This document shows positions 1 to 14,060 of a stretch of DNA of 64,000 bases, in pieces. The stretch comes from Mizuhopecten yessoensis. Taxonomy: Eukaryota. The notes beneath the pieces are model-generated. The model was given only the letters and a program-made list of their open reading frames with translations. It did no database searches and had not been told where the DNA came from. Both the position numbers and the translations under genes were made by a program. The stretch is taken from the NCBI RefSeq assembly GCF_002113885.1, contig NW_018408735.1:116084-180083 (forward strand), given 5' to 3'. Each line of letters begins with the position of its first letter. Position 1 is the stretch's first letter.

Positions 1-812
1 GTCATCAACATCAGATAATATGTCATCAACATCAGATAAGGGTCATCAACATCAGATAATGTCATCAGCATCAGATAATATGTCATCAACATCAGATAAG
101 GGGTCTTCAACATCAGATAATATGTCATCAACATCAGATAATATGTCATCAACATTAGATAATATGTCATTAACATCAGATAAGGGGTCATCAACATCAG
201 ATAATATGTCATCAGCATCAGATAATATTTCATCAACATCAGATAATATGTCATCAACATAAGATAATATGTCATCAACATCAGATAATATGTCATAAAC
301 ATCAGATAAGGGGTCATCAACATCAGATAATATGTCATCAACATAAGATAATATGTCATCAACATCAGATAATATGTCATTAACATCAGATAAGGGGTCA
401 TCAACATCAGATAATATGTCATCATCATCAGATAATATGTCATCAACATCAGATAAGTGGTCATCAACATCAGATAATATGTCATCAACATAAGATAATA
501 TGTCATCAACATCAGATAATATGTCAACAACATCAGATAATATGTCATCAACATCAGACAATATGTCATCAACATCAGATAATATGTCATAAACATCAGA
601 TAAGGGGTCATCAACATCAGATAAGGGGTCATCAACATCAGATAAGGTGTCATCAACATCAGATAATATGTCATCAGCATCAGATAATATGTCATCAACA
701 TAAGATAATATGTCATCAACATCAGATAATATGTCATAAACATCAGATAAGGGGTCATCAACATCAGATAATATGTCATCAACATCAGATAAGGGGTCAT
801 CAACATCAGATA
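1..812. repeat. 21-bp minisatellite (tcatcaacatcagataatatg)n, intronic
   Basis: Direct tandem repeats with aatatg/aagggg variants; source of spurious ORFs 20-262 and 52-561. Confidence 0.95.
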
Positions 813-1129
813 AAATTTCTAGTATTTATTGCATGAAAAAAAATGTATATTCTGGAATACCTGTTCTCATAAAAATACGATGGCCCTGGTCACAGAGCAA
901 TAATAGAATTCTGATGCCTCATATATCACTTATTCACCTACTTTCATTTCATAATTATAGAAAAGTATGATAATACTAACAAGATATTTTTTTTAGGAAA
1001 TTGAGGTCAAAGAGATCAAAAAACCTGTGGCTGGCTATTCAATAATTTCATATAACATCTTAATTTATGTTATATCCAAATCAAATGGGGATATATATAC
1101 CTGGTGTAAATATGACAATGCTTTCTTAC

Positions 1130-4100
1130 CCTGAAATCTGAATATCTGATGATGGTGTGTATGGCAATAACAGCTGGACAAGGCATTTTCTGCATTGGCT
1201 TCTGTGTCTTACGAAGTCTGCAGGTACATACATCTGTGCTACTCTAAAAATGTAGTGGAAGAAAAGTTTATTCAATGAAAAGAAAAAAAGAATATATTGG
1301 TATAAAAGTCACAGAGATAAGAAGCCCAAGAGAGAGGACATTAATCCCATCAACTGTGTTTCTCTGGATCTGAAGGATAGGCCAGTGGCATTCCAACATT
1401 CCTTTTGATGTTTGATGACTGGAAAATAATAACATATCCCACAATTACTTTGTAGGTATATACAATAAGCATTATAACTTCATTATTGATTGTGTGTGTA
1501 CCTGTACCTTCTCTATATGACTTAAATGATGTATACAATATCCCACCTTCTGCTCCTCTGGTGGTCTGTTACATGACACACACCACTCCTTCTTCTTCAA
1601 TTTCTTTGATTTACTCGATCTGAGCTTGCTACTGAAGCGACACATTCGACTTTCTATTCTCAATACCAAGTAGGGGATATTATCAGGCACATAGTCGGCG
1701 GGCTTCCACTGTTCACTGAGAGGACACCATCGCACACGATGATTGTCCAAACTTGATACCTCTGGAATAAGAATTTAAATCATATTTAAACCTTACACTC
1801 CTATAGACCAACTATGGACTTGTCCAGATTAAAGTATGGAAGAATCTATAAAAGTTAATCCAGGTGAAAGGGTTGAAACAAAAGCTGAATTAACACAGTA
1901 ATTTCTCTGAGGCCAAATAAAAAAATATGTGTGTTTCCTGTTTCCGCTCAAAACAAATAGGGTAGGTAGGTAGGAAAAACATTTTATTATATTTTTTTAT
2001 TTTATTTTTTTTCTGGTGAAGAAAATCTCCTGATTACCTCTGTGAATGTTAAAGATGTGTTATTGTTTTAGTAAAGTATAAAAGGCACCAAATATGTAAT
2101 TTTTGATTCATGTAATATAAATACACAGATGCATTCCTAGTTTATGTGTTGAGCAGGCCCAAACGACTTACTGAAGTAAATTATTATTTGACCCACCTAA
2201 ATATTTATGGAATAACCAACGTAATTTACAGTAGTGCTACCACTTTTCCAAGTTATCCCTACTAGTACTGTTGGACGCTAGTTTTTAGAAATCCAAACTC
2301 CACTGATGGTCACCAGTGTTACATTCTTTTTTGTATTACTGATGCTTTCTGTTCTCAATTTCCACTGCCACCAGTTCAAATTAATTGAACAACAAAATAA
2401 GTACATTTATATTTACACTATATTTACAACACAAGATTTTTAATCCACCATAAAATATACAAGTCTTCACTATTGCGAGCTCAATCTCTAATCTCCAAAC
2501 TTATCTCTAACTATAAACTGTAAAACTACACAGATCTACAAACTACAGCTAAAACTGATATTATAACTAACTTCCTAATTCTCACTTTAGCATCTCTTGA
2601 CCTCTCAACTCTGTCTCCCTAACTCAACCTCCTTCCTCAGACTCCCCAACCCAACTCTCTTCTCCTCCTTCGACTCCGAATCTGAACTACCTTACTATCT
2701 ACTCCTTAGCTAAATCCTGCTACAATAAAAATGTTGATAAATTAAAATTGTTGATGCTGCGGAAATCCTGCTAAAATTCGACCTAAATAGACTAGGTTAA
2801 ACTGGCCATAAATCCTGCTAAATTTGTCTCCAGGCCTAGGGGTCAGCACCAGCTGAAGGCACAAACACTGATGACATCACAGACTGGACCCCCCCCCCCC
2901 CAGACAGTCACACTAATCTACAGATCCCAACCTATATCATAACCACAACTGTCGCATAGATATGTCAATTTCCCTTTGATCTAGCAAATTTCACCTTTCC
3001 AGGTTCCGCAGTCTATCTTTTTTTCCGTTTGTAACTTACAACTTTTAGCATGAACTAGTCCGTCTTATAATTAAAAGACAAAAGGCAATTGTGAAACACT
3101 GGCCATATTATAAATATCAGTTAATAGGACCTTGTACTTTTCTGTAGGCTTGTTACCGGGTAATATTTACATAAGTAGGCTTATTACTATTTTGACATTT
3201 AGCGCCCTCATTGTATACCATTTTCTCCTTCCAACGGGATCCGGGAAGCGGCTTTTAACAGGTATTTATTCCTCCTCTGGCTCATCTTTAATCGCTGAGA
3301 GAGGCAGGAGTTAGGTCTACTAACACTTTTCAGTACGGTTTTCTGGGTCACTTTCAATGCGCGTCATTAACCGAGACATATGAATGTATCGTCCAGGTCG
3401 TCAAAGTCATCGTATGCCAAACTTGGCCTTGATTTTGAGACGAAGTCTGACATGCTGCAAACTTTTTTTTTATAATAACCAAACTTTATCTATTAAATTG
3501 TTACATGACACTTTATGCAACAAGTCAGTTACATCATAAGCCTCGCAATATGTCAGTTATCGTAATCGAGGGGCGGAGCTTACATCTCTCGCGCTATGCG
3601 CTCGAGAAGTAGCCCTGCCCCTCCAGTACATTAACTGACATATTGCTCGGTTCCTATGATATAACTAATACCATATTCATGGCTACTTAGCTACTATCTT
3701 CAAATAAAACTCTGACACTGACCATACTAATAAAATGCAAAGCAAATTATCTGTACACTTTGAATGATTAAACAGTTAATAAATGCATTGTAATTACTGT
3801 GAAAAACCAATAAAATGTATTAGGGTCGGCATGAAAAAATAGGGTCGGTCGGGAAACAGGAAACCCAGCTATATTTTTATTTGGCCTTACCCTAAACAGG
3901 ATCCACACCTTTCCTAGTCTGAGGTATCCTTATGCCCCACCCTCAGGTTGAGACATAGCTAGGAATTCCCCAGTTATAAGGACTGTATGATGTAATTAAG
4001 TCAATAATGCATTGATGTAATGTCAACCATGCATCATTAACGTTACGTTATTATTGTATTACATTTCTAACAGCCTATCAACACAGAAGTCACAGTGACC

Positions 4101-7100
4101 TACTTCTAAAACTCGGCACTCTGTCATCCCAAGATGTACTTTCATACAAAATCTGGTTTCTTCAGGTAAAATAGTATAGACGATATGCCCCTAGCAAACA
4201 CTGCCGATGGACGGATGAGTACAAACCAATAATACTCTCCCAGGAACCAGCGGAAGACTGAAAACGTATTTGAGTCATACTTGGTCCAACAAATTATAAC
4301 ATGAAAATAAACACTTTTGAACATCTAAAATAGACATAATACGACTATTACCTATCAATTCTGAAACTTTAGTGTTTGTGGTTTTATTGCAGCGAAATAC
4401 ACTGTATGTTTCATCTTCATATTTCTGGATACATTCTTCCATGACATTTCTATCTTGTGTGTAGAAACAGGTATCAGACACAGTCACGCTGCCCTCTATA
4501 CCTCTCCAAGGCACTGGCTTCACTGTCCTTGCTGGTAACGCAACTGCACCTGTCACATCATTATTCCCATTAAAACTCATTCTTGGCTTTTTGGCTGACT
4601 GGGCAGTTCGTACTGGTGTCATCGTATTTGGCGCTCTCTCTCCCACGTCAACTTGTGTTGTGTTTAACATTACATACTTTGGAATCTGGCCTTGTGTTTC
4701 TAACAGAAACAACTGTGCTGATGACGTGGCCACTTGAGACTCTGACGTAGTCTGTGAAGACATTGCTGAGAGGGAAACTTGTTTAGGTATTGCTGATACA
4801 GTGTTCATGGAAACCAGAGCAGTGGCAGCTATGTTCCTTGGTGAGGTAGATGCCAGGTCTATTTCCCCTTTAGTATGCTGTTGAGAAAAACAAGGAGTTT
4901 CGATAATTTCTTCAAAAGAGGTGTCTCCAAGGGGTGCAACTTCATAAAGGGTCAAGCTATGTGATAAAAGGGTACAACAATGGGTAGCACAGGTGAGGGG
5001 GTTATTATGGCCCAAGGATATTTGCTATATCATATTATATAAAAATCCTCTTTTTCGAAGCAAGTATATGATAAAAGGTACTTAAACCTACCTGTACATT
5101 CCCTATGTCACACTTCTGCACAACCTTCTCCTTTGCTCCTGTAATCGTCATAGCATCAGTTCTGGTGTCTTGAACCTCAATCGGCTCCTGTTTTACCATG
5201 CTTCCTAACAATTTCTTAGGGAGGGACTTCAGTAGATCATTTAATGGAATTTTAACTGGACCCTAGAAGGAAATTCTCAGTAAATAAATTCAATGCTTTG
5301 TCTTCTGAAACAATTTATAATGTATGCTGCATGATATACTAAGTCTTTGAGGTACAGGATGAAAGTTAATCATTTTGTAATTACATTTTAAAGTTATTCA
5401 AATTATTGAAATTAAGACAGTTGGGTTATTTTCTTAAACTGACTTGAAGATGAAATGTTCCATTTTGGGTAACCAGATAGCTTAACTTCCAAGTGAACCT
5501 GACTCAATTAAATGAGCCCTATTAATAGACACAAGTCAGTCAATATTTCAGTTTCAAATTTCACAATTACATTGATATATTCTTTCGATAGATACAGCAC
5601 TGATAGAACCTAAGAAACGTAAAATGAAAGCTTAAGGCATCTATTAATAATAATGATAATAACAAGAGGCCCAGATGACCTGTATCGCTCACCTGGATAT
5701 CAAAAGTAATTATGGTAAAATATTCACCAAATAAGGTCCAAGGGAATGGGCCAGACCTTGTATTATATCTGTATTCGATTTTTCATGCCCAGCAATTTTA
5801 TGTATGGTGATGGGGTGGGGATTATAACTGTTTCCAAGGTGTGATTCAGAAACTAGGTCCCTAGGGTCGTGGCCAGACCCCAGGATCAATTATAATATCA
5901 TGATTGCGTTCGTCTTGTTATGCCTAACAATTGCATATATAGTTTTTGGGGTGGGGATCTTAACCTTTTCAAAGTTATGACCCAGGGGTTAAGTCCCCAA
6001 GGGTGGGCAGACCCTGGGGTCAATTCTTATATCATGACTGCATTCGTCCCTTTATGCCCAGCATTTGTATATACAGTTTTGGGGTGGGCATCTCAACTGT
6101 TTCAAAGTTATGACCCAGGGACTATATATATGACTCAAAGGGTGGGGCTAGAACCCTGGGCAATCCTGGAAGCATATGTGCATTCTTCTGTTCATGCTCA
6201 GCAATTGTATATATGGTTATAGGGTGGGGATCTCAACCATTTCTTAGCAATAAACTATTTTTGGCCCCACCCCTTAGCCAAGGGAATCCCCGTTTCTCGT
6301 GAATGCTTCTGACCAAATATGATTAATATCCAGTGCATAGTTCTACAGAAGAAGTCATTATAGTAATTTAGCCAAATTGCCCCCTTTTGGCCCAGGCCCT
6401 CAGCCTCACCATTTGTACACTTTTGAATCCCCACTACCTAGGGATGCTTCCAGTAAAATATGGATGATGTCCATCTTTTAGTGGTAGAGAAGAAGTTGCT
6501 CAAAGCAATTTAGCCAAATTGCCCCCTTTTGGCCCAGGCCCTCAGCCTCACCATTTGTACAAGTTTGAATCCCCGCCTCCCATGATGAATGCTTCTGACC
6601 AAATATGATTGATATCCATTGCACAGTTCTACAGAAGAAGTCATTTATAGCAATATAGCCAAACTGTCCCCTTTTTGGCCCCGCCCCTCAGCCCCCTGGG
6701 GTTTTAACCCTACCATTTGTACAATTTTGAATACCTAACACCTAGGGATGCTTCCAGTCAAATTTAGTTAAATTCCAATCAGTGGTTAAGAAGAAGAAGT
6801 CATTTGAAGAAATTGTTGACGCACAGACGACGAACGGAAGACGGACGACACAGTATGGCATAAGCTCACCTTGGTCCTTTGGACCAGATGAGCTAATAAT
6901 AATTTGAGGTTCTTTTATATCGCTTTATCAAAATCTAGTTCGTAGGTCGACTCAAAGCGGTTCACAAATTATTAACCGTGGTTATAGGGCCTTTGCAACA
7001 AGCCAATATCTTTCTCAACTACCTGGGGAGCATACAGCCGGTGCTGCCATTATGACACTCACAGCTAGCATTCAACAATTCTAGCACTGCCCAACCTTGT

Positions 7101-9494
7101 ACTATTTACAGCTGAGTAGACTGGAACAAGCGGAGTAAAGTATCTTGCTCAAAGATATAACACAGTGCCATGCTGTGAAGCAAACCTGTAACCCTTTGTC
7201 GCGAGCCCCGCATCCTACCACTAGACTACCCTGCCTCCAATCTATAATATTGTTGGATTAAAGTAGAAACTTTGGTGTTCTATAAACTAAATAAGGTGCT
7301 AGTTATTGAAGATATTAAGAGTGTAGATACCTCTATTTCTACTTCTGGTGGAGGAGTGTAATCATGCTCATCCTCCTCTGGCATTCTCACAAACACCTTG
7401 TACTCCTTTACTGTTGTCTCTTGTTTGAAAAGTTCCTTCAGTTTCTCAGACAAAATTGTCCTCATACCTTTTGTGTCTCTACCTTTATTCTGTATCAAAA
7501 AGAAAAGTGTTTGCTAGTTTGTTAGTGGTTTTTTAATTAACAACTGGCCAATCAGAAAGTCTGGACCCAGGACCAATGTAAAGGTAAAAAACACAACATC
7601 AATCGTTCAGGACAATCCAGTGAATGAAATGAAACCTATGTTAATTTCCACTACTCTTTAAACTGTCTTATCATTTCTGATCCAGCTTTAAGATTATGCA
7701 GGTTAAAATTCTTAGTTATTGATTAAATTAAGTCATACTAACCTAGATATTAAAGTAGCTTAAAGGTTGCAACAAGGCTTGAAAATGTTAGTCAAGAACA
7801 ACTGTATTTCCCTTGTTGATTCTATTAATTGTACATATCCAAAACATATATAAAAAGCCTTCAAAAGATGACCAATATCTATTCATTTTTAACCAACTTC
7901 GACTATTGTGACTTTTCAGTATTGTTTCTGACAACCCCCAAAAAATAAAATAGTCTCCAAACCTCACTAAAATACTAGCTATCAAATTATAATTAAATAT
8001 TTTACTTTCCAAGGATCTTTAAAATGCATCACTTCAACAGCTATATAAACAATGTACCTACCTTGAATTGGGGAAATTTGATAATCTTGCATATCTTAAC
8101 TCGTGCTAGACAGGTTGTTTTCTCCAGTACCCCATAATCGTGATCACCATCACTCTGTAAATATAATCGTTAATAATTTCCATAAATATATCAAATGTAG
8201 TGATACATATATGTTCATGTTGAGAAGTTAATATTTGACCAAACCAGGAAGAACAAATGTTAATTTGGAAGGTTACTAATAATGGAACAACAGTTGAGAA
8301 TTCTTGTTCAGTATTGACCTTCAGTTGGAAGTTCATACTACTATATACAAATTTACGGAAACAAATTCTTTCTTTGGTCTAAGGAGAATTATTTATCCCT
8401 AAAACATTACATTAAAATATATGCGACATACAGTAATAATTACCATTAATTTTCGTTTTCGATTTCCCTTGCAAGGATCTTGTATGCATGCCATTTCTTC
8501 ATTCCCCAAAATAATGAAGGGAATACCGTCATATGACAAACTAGATCCACATCGACTGAAATTGTTGACATCATCCCAACATATATGACATCCAGATGTA
8601 TTATCTATCAAAATAACAAAAATGTGCACAGCGAATTGAAACATAACAATGATATAATTCACAACTCAGTTAATTGTTTACAACCAAAAGTTGTTCAATA
8701 AATCGCATGATAACCAATAAGAGATATTCTGATTACATACTACCATTGCTAATTGATTTGATTGCATATTGAATAGGTTATATCACATTGAGCTATAATA
8801 GATATGATCATGATCATGTTTATCACAATGTTTATTTTTTTACATTGACATCTACATAGTAAAGACCACCTTCATCTATTTGAAGATCATGTCATGTGAT
8901 AGTGGTTGCTAGGCCAAGAAAAGAAAAGATAAAAGATAGTGAAAGGGAATATTTTAGTATTCTTATTATCAATATTAGCCATAAAGGTTTCCTATTAGGG
9001 AAAATCAGCTTAAGAAATGGTGTGCCTAGTCCATTTGCTTAAGATGCATGTCAGTAGTTGCACTTATAAAATCTCCAAAGATACACAAGTGCACGTATCG
9101 ATCAATAGATATTTAAATAAGAATCTGCATAATAAGTAAAAAAAAAACATTAAAATGGTCGTGTTATCGTACCACATTATCAATAACGAAACGATCTTAT
9201 AAAGATTGTTGTCATATGATCTATTGATCGAAACGAGCACCTGTGGTCAAACCGAAAGCGTTAGTACTTGGGTAGATAACATTTAGCGTTTACAGTTACA
9301 CTGATATATCGACATTTTTGCACATTATTACCGTGAAAGTTTGGAACAGTTTGGGGTTTTTGATATTTCTTGTAGGTTCTAGATTCCTCATCAGATATGA
9401 ACTTGTAAGCATCTTCATCTGATGAAAATTCGCGAACTTGACCTGTCTTCGTCTGGGCACTCGCGATCGTTCTCTTAGCGGTTGATTCCGCCAT
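1130..9494 (-). CDS. Protein with two tandem CaRF (calcium-responsive transcription factor)-like domains; 3' end lies beyond the left edge of the window
   Basis: Exons (minus): 9332-9494, 8444-8604, 8062-8154, 7331-7489, 5092-5262, 4352-4877, 1547-1761, 1130-1243. All junctions are GT-AG and phase-compatible (1,0,0,0,0,1,0,0). Motifs YDGIPFIILG..C, TCLARVKICKIIKFPQF and VFVRMP...H, and a second set PDNIPYLVL....C and PCPAVIAIHTIIRYSDF, resemble the CaRF DNA-binding region as I recall it (DGIPF / CPARI..KFP). Confidence 0.72.
1910..3887. mobile_element. Non-autonomous TIR DNA element of about 2 kb
   Basis: TIRs aggccaaataaaaa...gtttcctgtttcc and ggaaacaggaaac...tttttatttggcct; subterminal tagggtaggtagg / tagggtcggtcgg motifs; no transposase ORF. 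Confidence 0.7.
3525..3668. mobile_element. Palindromic MITE nested in the previous element
   Basis: gcaatatgtcagtta / taactgacatattgc inverted arms with an inner ggggc...gcccc palindrome. Confidence 0.65.
5661..6896 (+). mobile_element. Helentron-associated non-autonomous element (HINE)
   Basis: Starts aacaagaggccca...tatcgctcacctg and ends with hairpin agctcaccttggtcc-ttt-ggaccagatgagct; internal imperfect repeats of about 150 bp and a gacg microsatellite near the end; inserted in an A/T tract. Confidence 0.75.
6910..7238 (-). mobile_element. tRNA-derived SINE
   Basis: Minus strand: A-box tagtctagtgg, degenerate B-box, CORE-like tctttgagcaagatacttta, gtatgctccccagg central block, LINE-like tail aaccgctttgag...aagcgatataaaa. 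Confidence 0.65.
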
Positions 9495-9605
9495 CTTAAA
9501 CCACTAAAACCGACAGGCTAGATTACCGGAAGCGAACGATTGCTAAAATCGGAGTCGAGTATGACGGAAATAGTTACGGAAGAGTATATCGGCCAAACCG
9601 GTAAG
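9487..9605 (-). promoter_or_regulatory. Putative promoter of the CaRF-like gene (YY1-like AAGATGGCGG at the ATG; ETS CGGAAG sites)
   Basis: ccgccatctt overlaps the start codon; ccggaag at about 9526 and cggaag at about 9577; local CpG enrichment. Confidence 0.35.
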
Positions 9606-10479
9606 ACCATTGCTTTTCGTTTTAAATATTGAGGACGGGCATCATGATTTGATATGCAATACGGCAAGTCTTGGCAAAGACTTTCAAGGTCTGCATTTCC
9701 AGGAATTACGTTCTCTTTCTCTCTCCGCTGCACCCCTTGAAGTACATGTAGCTGTGATAGATTTCTGATAGAAGCAAAATTGAAGGCACGAAGATAAATT
9801 CAGGTAAAAAAAAAAAAAAGACCAATCGCTAGGCTGATACCTCAGTGTCCTTCGAAGATTACAAAGATCGACAGACGCCTGACTTCAAAGCCCGTCATTT
9901 TTTACCGTTACGTGACCGCGAGATTCTTTTGATGTACACAAAGGATCGAACTAGTCTTGATATAGTTGTCGACACCAATGGAAAGCTTCAGGTAGCTTCT
10001 TGCAGCGCATTTCTGGGTTTTCAGAAATATTGAAGTTTAAAAACCGCAGTATTCAAGACAATCACTTTCTGGCCAGAGAACAGGAGTGATTAACCAATTT
10101 GTGTGCTGATATATAATTAACACCATAACGGGTATTTATTCATATACACTACACTATCATTAAAAAAAACGTTTATTGTACGACGACTGTATAAATCTAT
10201 CTCAGAAATGTGACGATGTCTTTTCAAATCCCAAGCAAACACAACTTTTTAAGTTAACATACATAAATGATGGTACTTTCAATTCGTAACATGACATTCA
10301 GAAATATGTTATGCATGAATGATTTTGAATTTCAACATAACAGGTGAACAATACTAAACAAATAGAAGTGGTATTGTAGTACCATTGGTCTCCTTTCTTA
10401 AAATCTTTTGCAATCATCTTTACCAGATCATCATGTTGAACGCTGTAGTTGGCTACAAAACAGGTTCACCACCTGTTAT

Positions 10480-11460
10480 GTAAAGGCGGGTAAACGACGT
10501 GTTTGAACTATAGGCCGATGAGCTTAATAAAAGTGTTATAATAATTGACTGAGCAGAGTGTCAGAGGAGTGGTTATTGACAACCTATAGGCACCAATAAC
10601 CTCCTGAGAAATCAGCAGTTTGGGTTTGCCAAAGGATGTTCTACAGTTCTCCAGCTACCCAAGACAGAGATCTTGGAAGATAGAGCAAGTGTTCGAATGA
10701 TGTGTACATGGACCTCGTGAAGGCTTTCGACACCATCCGACATAGAATGCTTCTGCTTTTAGGAAAACTGAAATGTCCGATAAATGGCGTAAGGATGTCA
10801 TCACTAGAACAGCATATATCGGTAAACAAACATCTGGGTCTGTATTCATGAAACCGTTCTCATGCTCAAGCATGTATTTTATGATGAAGCCTAAATTCTT
10901 GTTCCGGTTATAAATTAATAAAATCTGATTTTGTCAACAATCTTTGGGGAAATGAAGAGACTTAAAGCCGCCGAATACTGTTTCCAATGTTTACATTTGA
11001 TTTTTTTATCGATTGTTAAAAGAAAGTTGGTCTAACGATATAATCCATGCTTGAGCATGCGAACGGTTTCATGAATACGGACCCAGGCTGGAGAAACGCT
11101 ACACACATAATACCTCAAGGAAGCGTCCTAGTGCAAACCCTATTTATCCTTTATACAAGGTACCAATGAATTACTTTATGAAGAGGAACTCGTTGCACAT
11201 CATGCAAAAATAAACAAGGAAACAAAACGAGAAAGAACGGAAATCTTCAACAGGATCTTGTCAAACATCAACAGCAGTTGGACAAATATCAATCAAGTTT
11301 CTATCCAGGCAATTGTAAGCAGCTCAAAAAGGACCTACACTTCAACAGAAGCAGACCTAAAATAGGACAACAGTGAAAACGATATTGGCATATCCGTTGA
11401 CAATATACTGAATTTCAAGCACTCAAATTTGGCTGTGAACAGGACAAATAGGACCTCAAA
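10480..11460 (+). mobile_element. Degenerate CR1/L2-type LINE reverse-transcriptase fragment
   Basis: Broken frames give QQFGFAKGCSTVLQL, DVYMDLVKAFDTIRHRMLL, PQGSVL, LQQDL and DIGISVDNILNF, which are non-LTR RT motifs; interrupted by a MITE. Confidence 0.75.
10834..11086. mobile_element. MITE with long TIRs and CWG flanks (PIF/Harbinger-like), copy 1
   Basis: ctg|ggtctgtattcatgaaaccgttctcatgctcaagcatg ... catgcttgagcatgcgaacggtttcatgaatacggacc|cag. Confidence 0.75.
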
Positions 11461-11616
11461 GCGACGTGTAGATATTTCTTTACTTAGATTGATAAAACCA
11501 GAGATACCAGAAGGACCTGTGTACCCACCATCGTAATTATATGATATTCATAAGTTCTATATAAGCTTGATATTTTCTTTCATCTTATTGCATTGTTGTT
11601 TTCTTTTCGCTCTCAT

Positions 11617-12240
11617 CTGTTGGATTGGTTTGGTTAAATTTTGTTTAACGTCTTATTAACAGCTAAGGTCATTTAAGGAAGTCTGTTGGATTGGTTTGGT
11701 TTAATTTTGTTTAACCTTTACAGCTAGGATCATTTAAGGACGTCTGTTGGATTGAGTCTAATTACCAGCTAGTGTCATTTAAGGACGTCTGTTGGATTGG
11801 TTTGGTTTAATTTTGTTTAACATTAACAGCTAGGATCATTTAAGGACGTCTGTTGGATTTAGTCTTATTAACAGTTAGGATCATTTAAGGACGTCTGTTG
11901 GATTGGTTTGGTTTAATTTTGTTTAACCTTAACAGCTAGGATCATTTAAGGACGTCTGTTGGATTGAGTCTTATTAACAGCTAGTGTCATTTAAGGACGT
12001 CTGTTGGATTGAGTCTTATTAACAGCTAGGGTCATTTAAGGACGTTTGTTGGATTGAGTCTTATTAACAGCTAAGGTTATTTAAGGACGTCTGTTGGATT
12101 GAGTCTTATTAACAGCTAGGGTAATTTAAGGACGTCTGTTGGATTCAGTCTTATTAACAGCTAGGGTCATTTAAGGACGTCTGTTGGATTGAGTCTTATA
12201 AACAGCTAAGGTCATTTAAGGACGTCTGTTGGATTGAGTT
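11617..12240. repeat. Tandem array with 45-60 bp units (ctgttggattgagtcttattaacagctagggtcatttaaggacgt)
   Basis: About 12 direct repeats; the first units carry an extra ggtttggtttaattttgtttaac segment. Confidence 0.9.
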
Positions 12241-12904
12241 ATGTTAACTGTAAATCGATCTTGTGTTAAGTTTTGAAAACGTAATGCTGCTGTGTTTGAC
12301 ATTCTCCTCCCAAAGTGAGGTTGCCATCTGTCCTACCTTATAGCAACCATATTTTTCGTCTGTTCAGTAGATTGAAACGCGCAATGAATTATGAAAACAA
12401 GGTCACATACAGAACAACCGATGTATGGAATTTGAGAAAGATCTGTATTTTAATTTCTGAGAAATAACGATACATTGTAACAATATTCAATGGTGATATC
12501 AACGATGTATTCCTGATGGTCATCTTTTTTCCATCAGACTGAAACAGAAATATGCATAACTAAGAACCAAGTCAAGGGAGGCCAAGATAATAATTCTGAA
12601 AAAACTAACACTTTCTGAGAAATAGCGATAACCAACTGTCCACATGACCGCCTGGCAGACTTCTCGTTCGTATGTTTGTTTCCATAACTGACCATGCACA
12701 AAAAGGGATGTACATGTACAGGAACGAGCTTGAGCTCTCTCTAGGACTTTCTGAGAAACAGCAAAACGAGCTTACTTTCAAAATCCAAAATGGCTACCTG
12801 GCAGCTATCTACTCTTTTGGCCAGTCTGAAAATTTCACTTCCACAAGTAAGGATTAAATTAATCCTACATATGGCATTTGAGAAAGATTGTTCCGTGCAG
12901 TTCT

Positions 12905-13955
12905 TGATGGTGTACACACATACACTAGATGGTGTACACACATACACTAGATGGTGTACACACATCACTACATGGTGTGCACACATCACTACATGGTGTG
13001 CACACATCACTACATGGTGTACACACATACACTAGATGGTGTACACACATCACTACATGGTGTACACACATACACGAGATGGTGTGCACACATACACTAC
13101 AAGATGTAAACACATACACTAGATGGTGTACACACATACACTACATGGTGTATACACATACACGAGATCGTGTACAGAAATACACTAGATGGTGTACACA
13201 CATCACTACATGGTGTACACGCATACACGAGATGGTGTACACACATACACTACATGGTGGACACACATACACTACATGGTGTACACACAGACACGACATG
13301 GTGTACACACATACACTACATGGGGTACACACATCACTATATGGTGTACACACATTCACTAGATGGTGTACACAAATACACGAGATGGTGTACACAAATA
13401 CACTAGATGGTGTACACACATCACTACATGGGGTACACACATACACTAGATGGTGTACACATATACACTAGATGGTGTACACAAATACACTAGATGGTGT
13501 ACACGCATACACTAGATGGTGTACACACATCACTACATGGGGTACACACATACACTAGATGGTGTAGACACATACACGAGATGGTGTAGACCCATACACG
13601 AGATGGTGTACACACATACACTACATGGTGTACACACAGACACGACATGGTGTACACACATACACTACATGGTGTATACACATACACGAGATGGTGTACA
13701 CACATACACTAGATGGTGTAGACACATACACAAGATGGTGTACACACATACACTACATGGTGTACACACATACACTACATGGTGTACACACATACACTAC
13801 ATGGTGTACACACATCACTACATGGTGTACACACATACACTAGATGGTGTACACACATACACTACATGGTGTACACACATCACTATATGGTGTACACACA
13901 TACACTAGATGGTGTACACACATACATGAGATGGTGTACACACATACACTAGATA
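12905..13955. repeat. 21-22 bp minisatellite (gatggtgtacacacatacacta)n
   Basis: Direct tandem repeats; source of the many His/Thr/Cys-rich spurious ORFs. Confidence 0.95.
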
Positions 13956-14060
13956 CACAACCTGTCCCTACCCACCTTGAATTAGTAAATATGAAACAGA
14001 TTTTTTCCAAAAAATATACAATGTACCTCTTCATAGTAAATAGAAAAATATTATGTCAAA

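Noticed and set aside
20-561. ORFs with MSSTSDN / DDILSDV repeats
   Set aside because: Read-through of a 21-bp minisatellite; other units contain stops; intronic position.
4142-4324. Possible extra exon of the CaRF-like gene
   Set aside because: All frames from the nearby acceptor hit stops; exon 4352 joins exon 1761 in the correct phase without it.
4275-5015. 246-aa ORF as a stand-alone gene
   Set aside because: Better explained as internal exon 4352-4877 with flanking intronic read-through.
12430-12890. Cluster of TTCTGAGAA STAT-like palindromes
   Set aside because: Embedded in what looks like decayed Helentron-type repeat sequence; no evidence of regulatory function.
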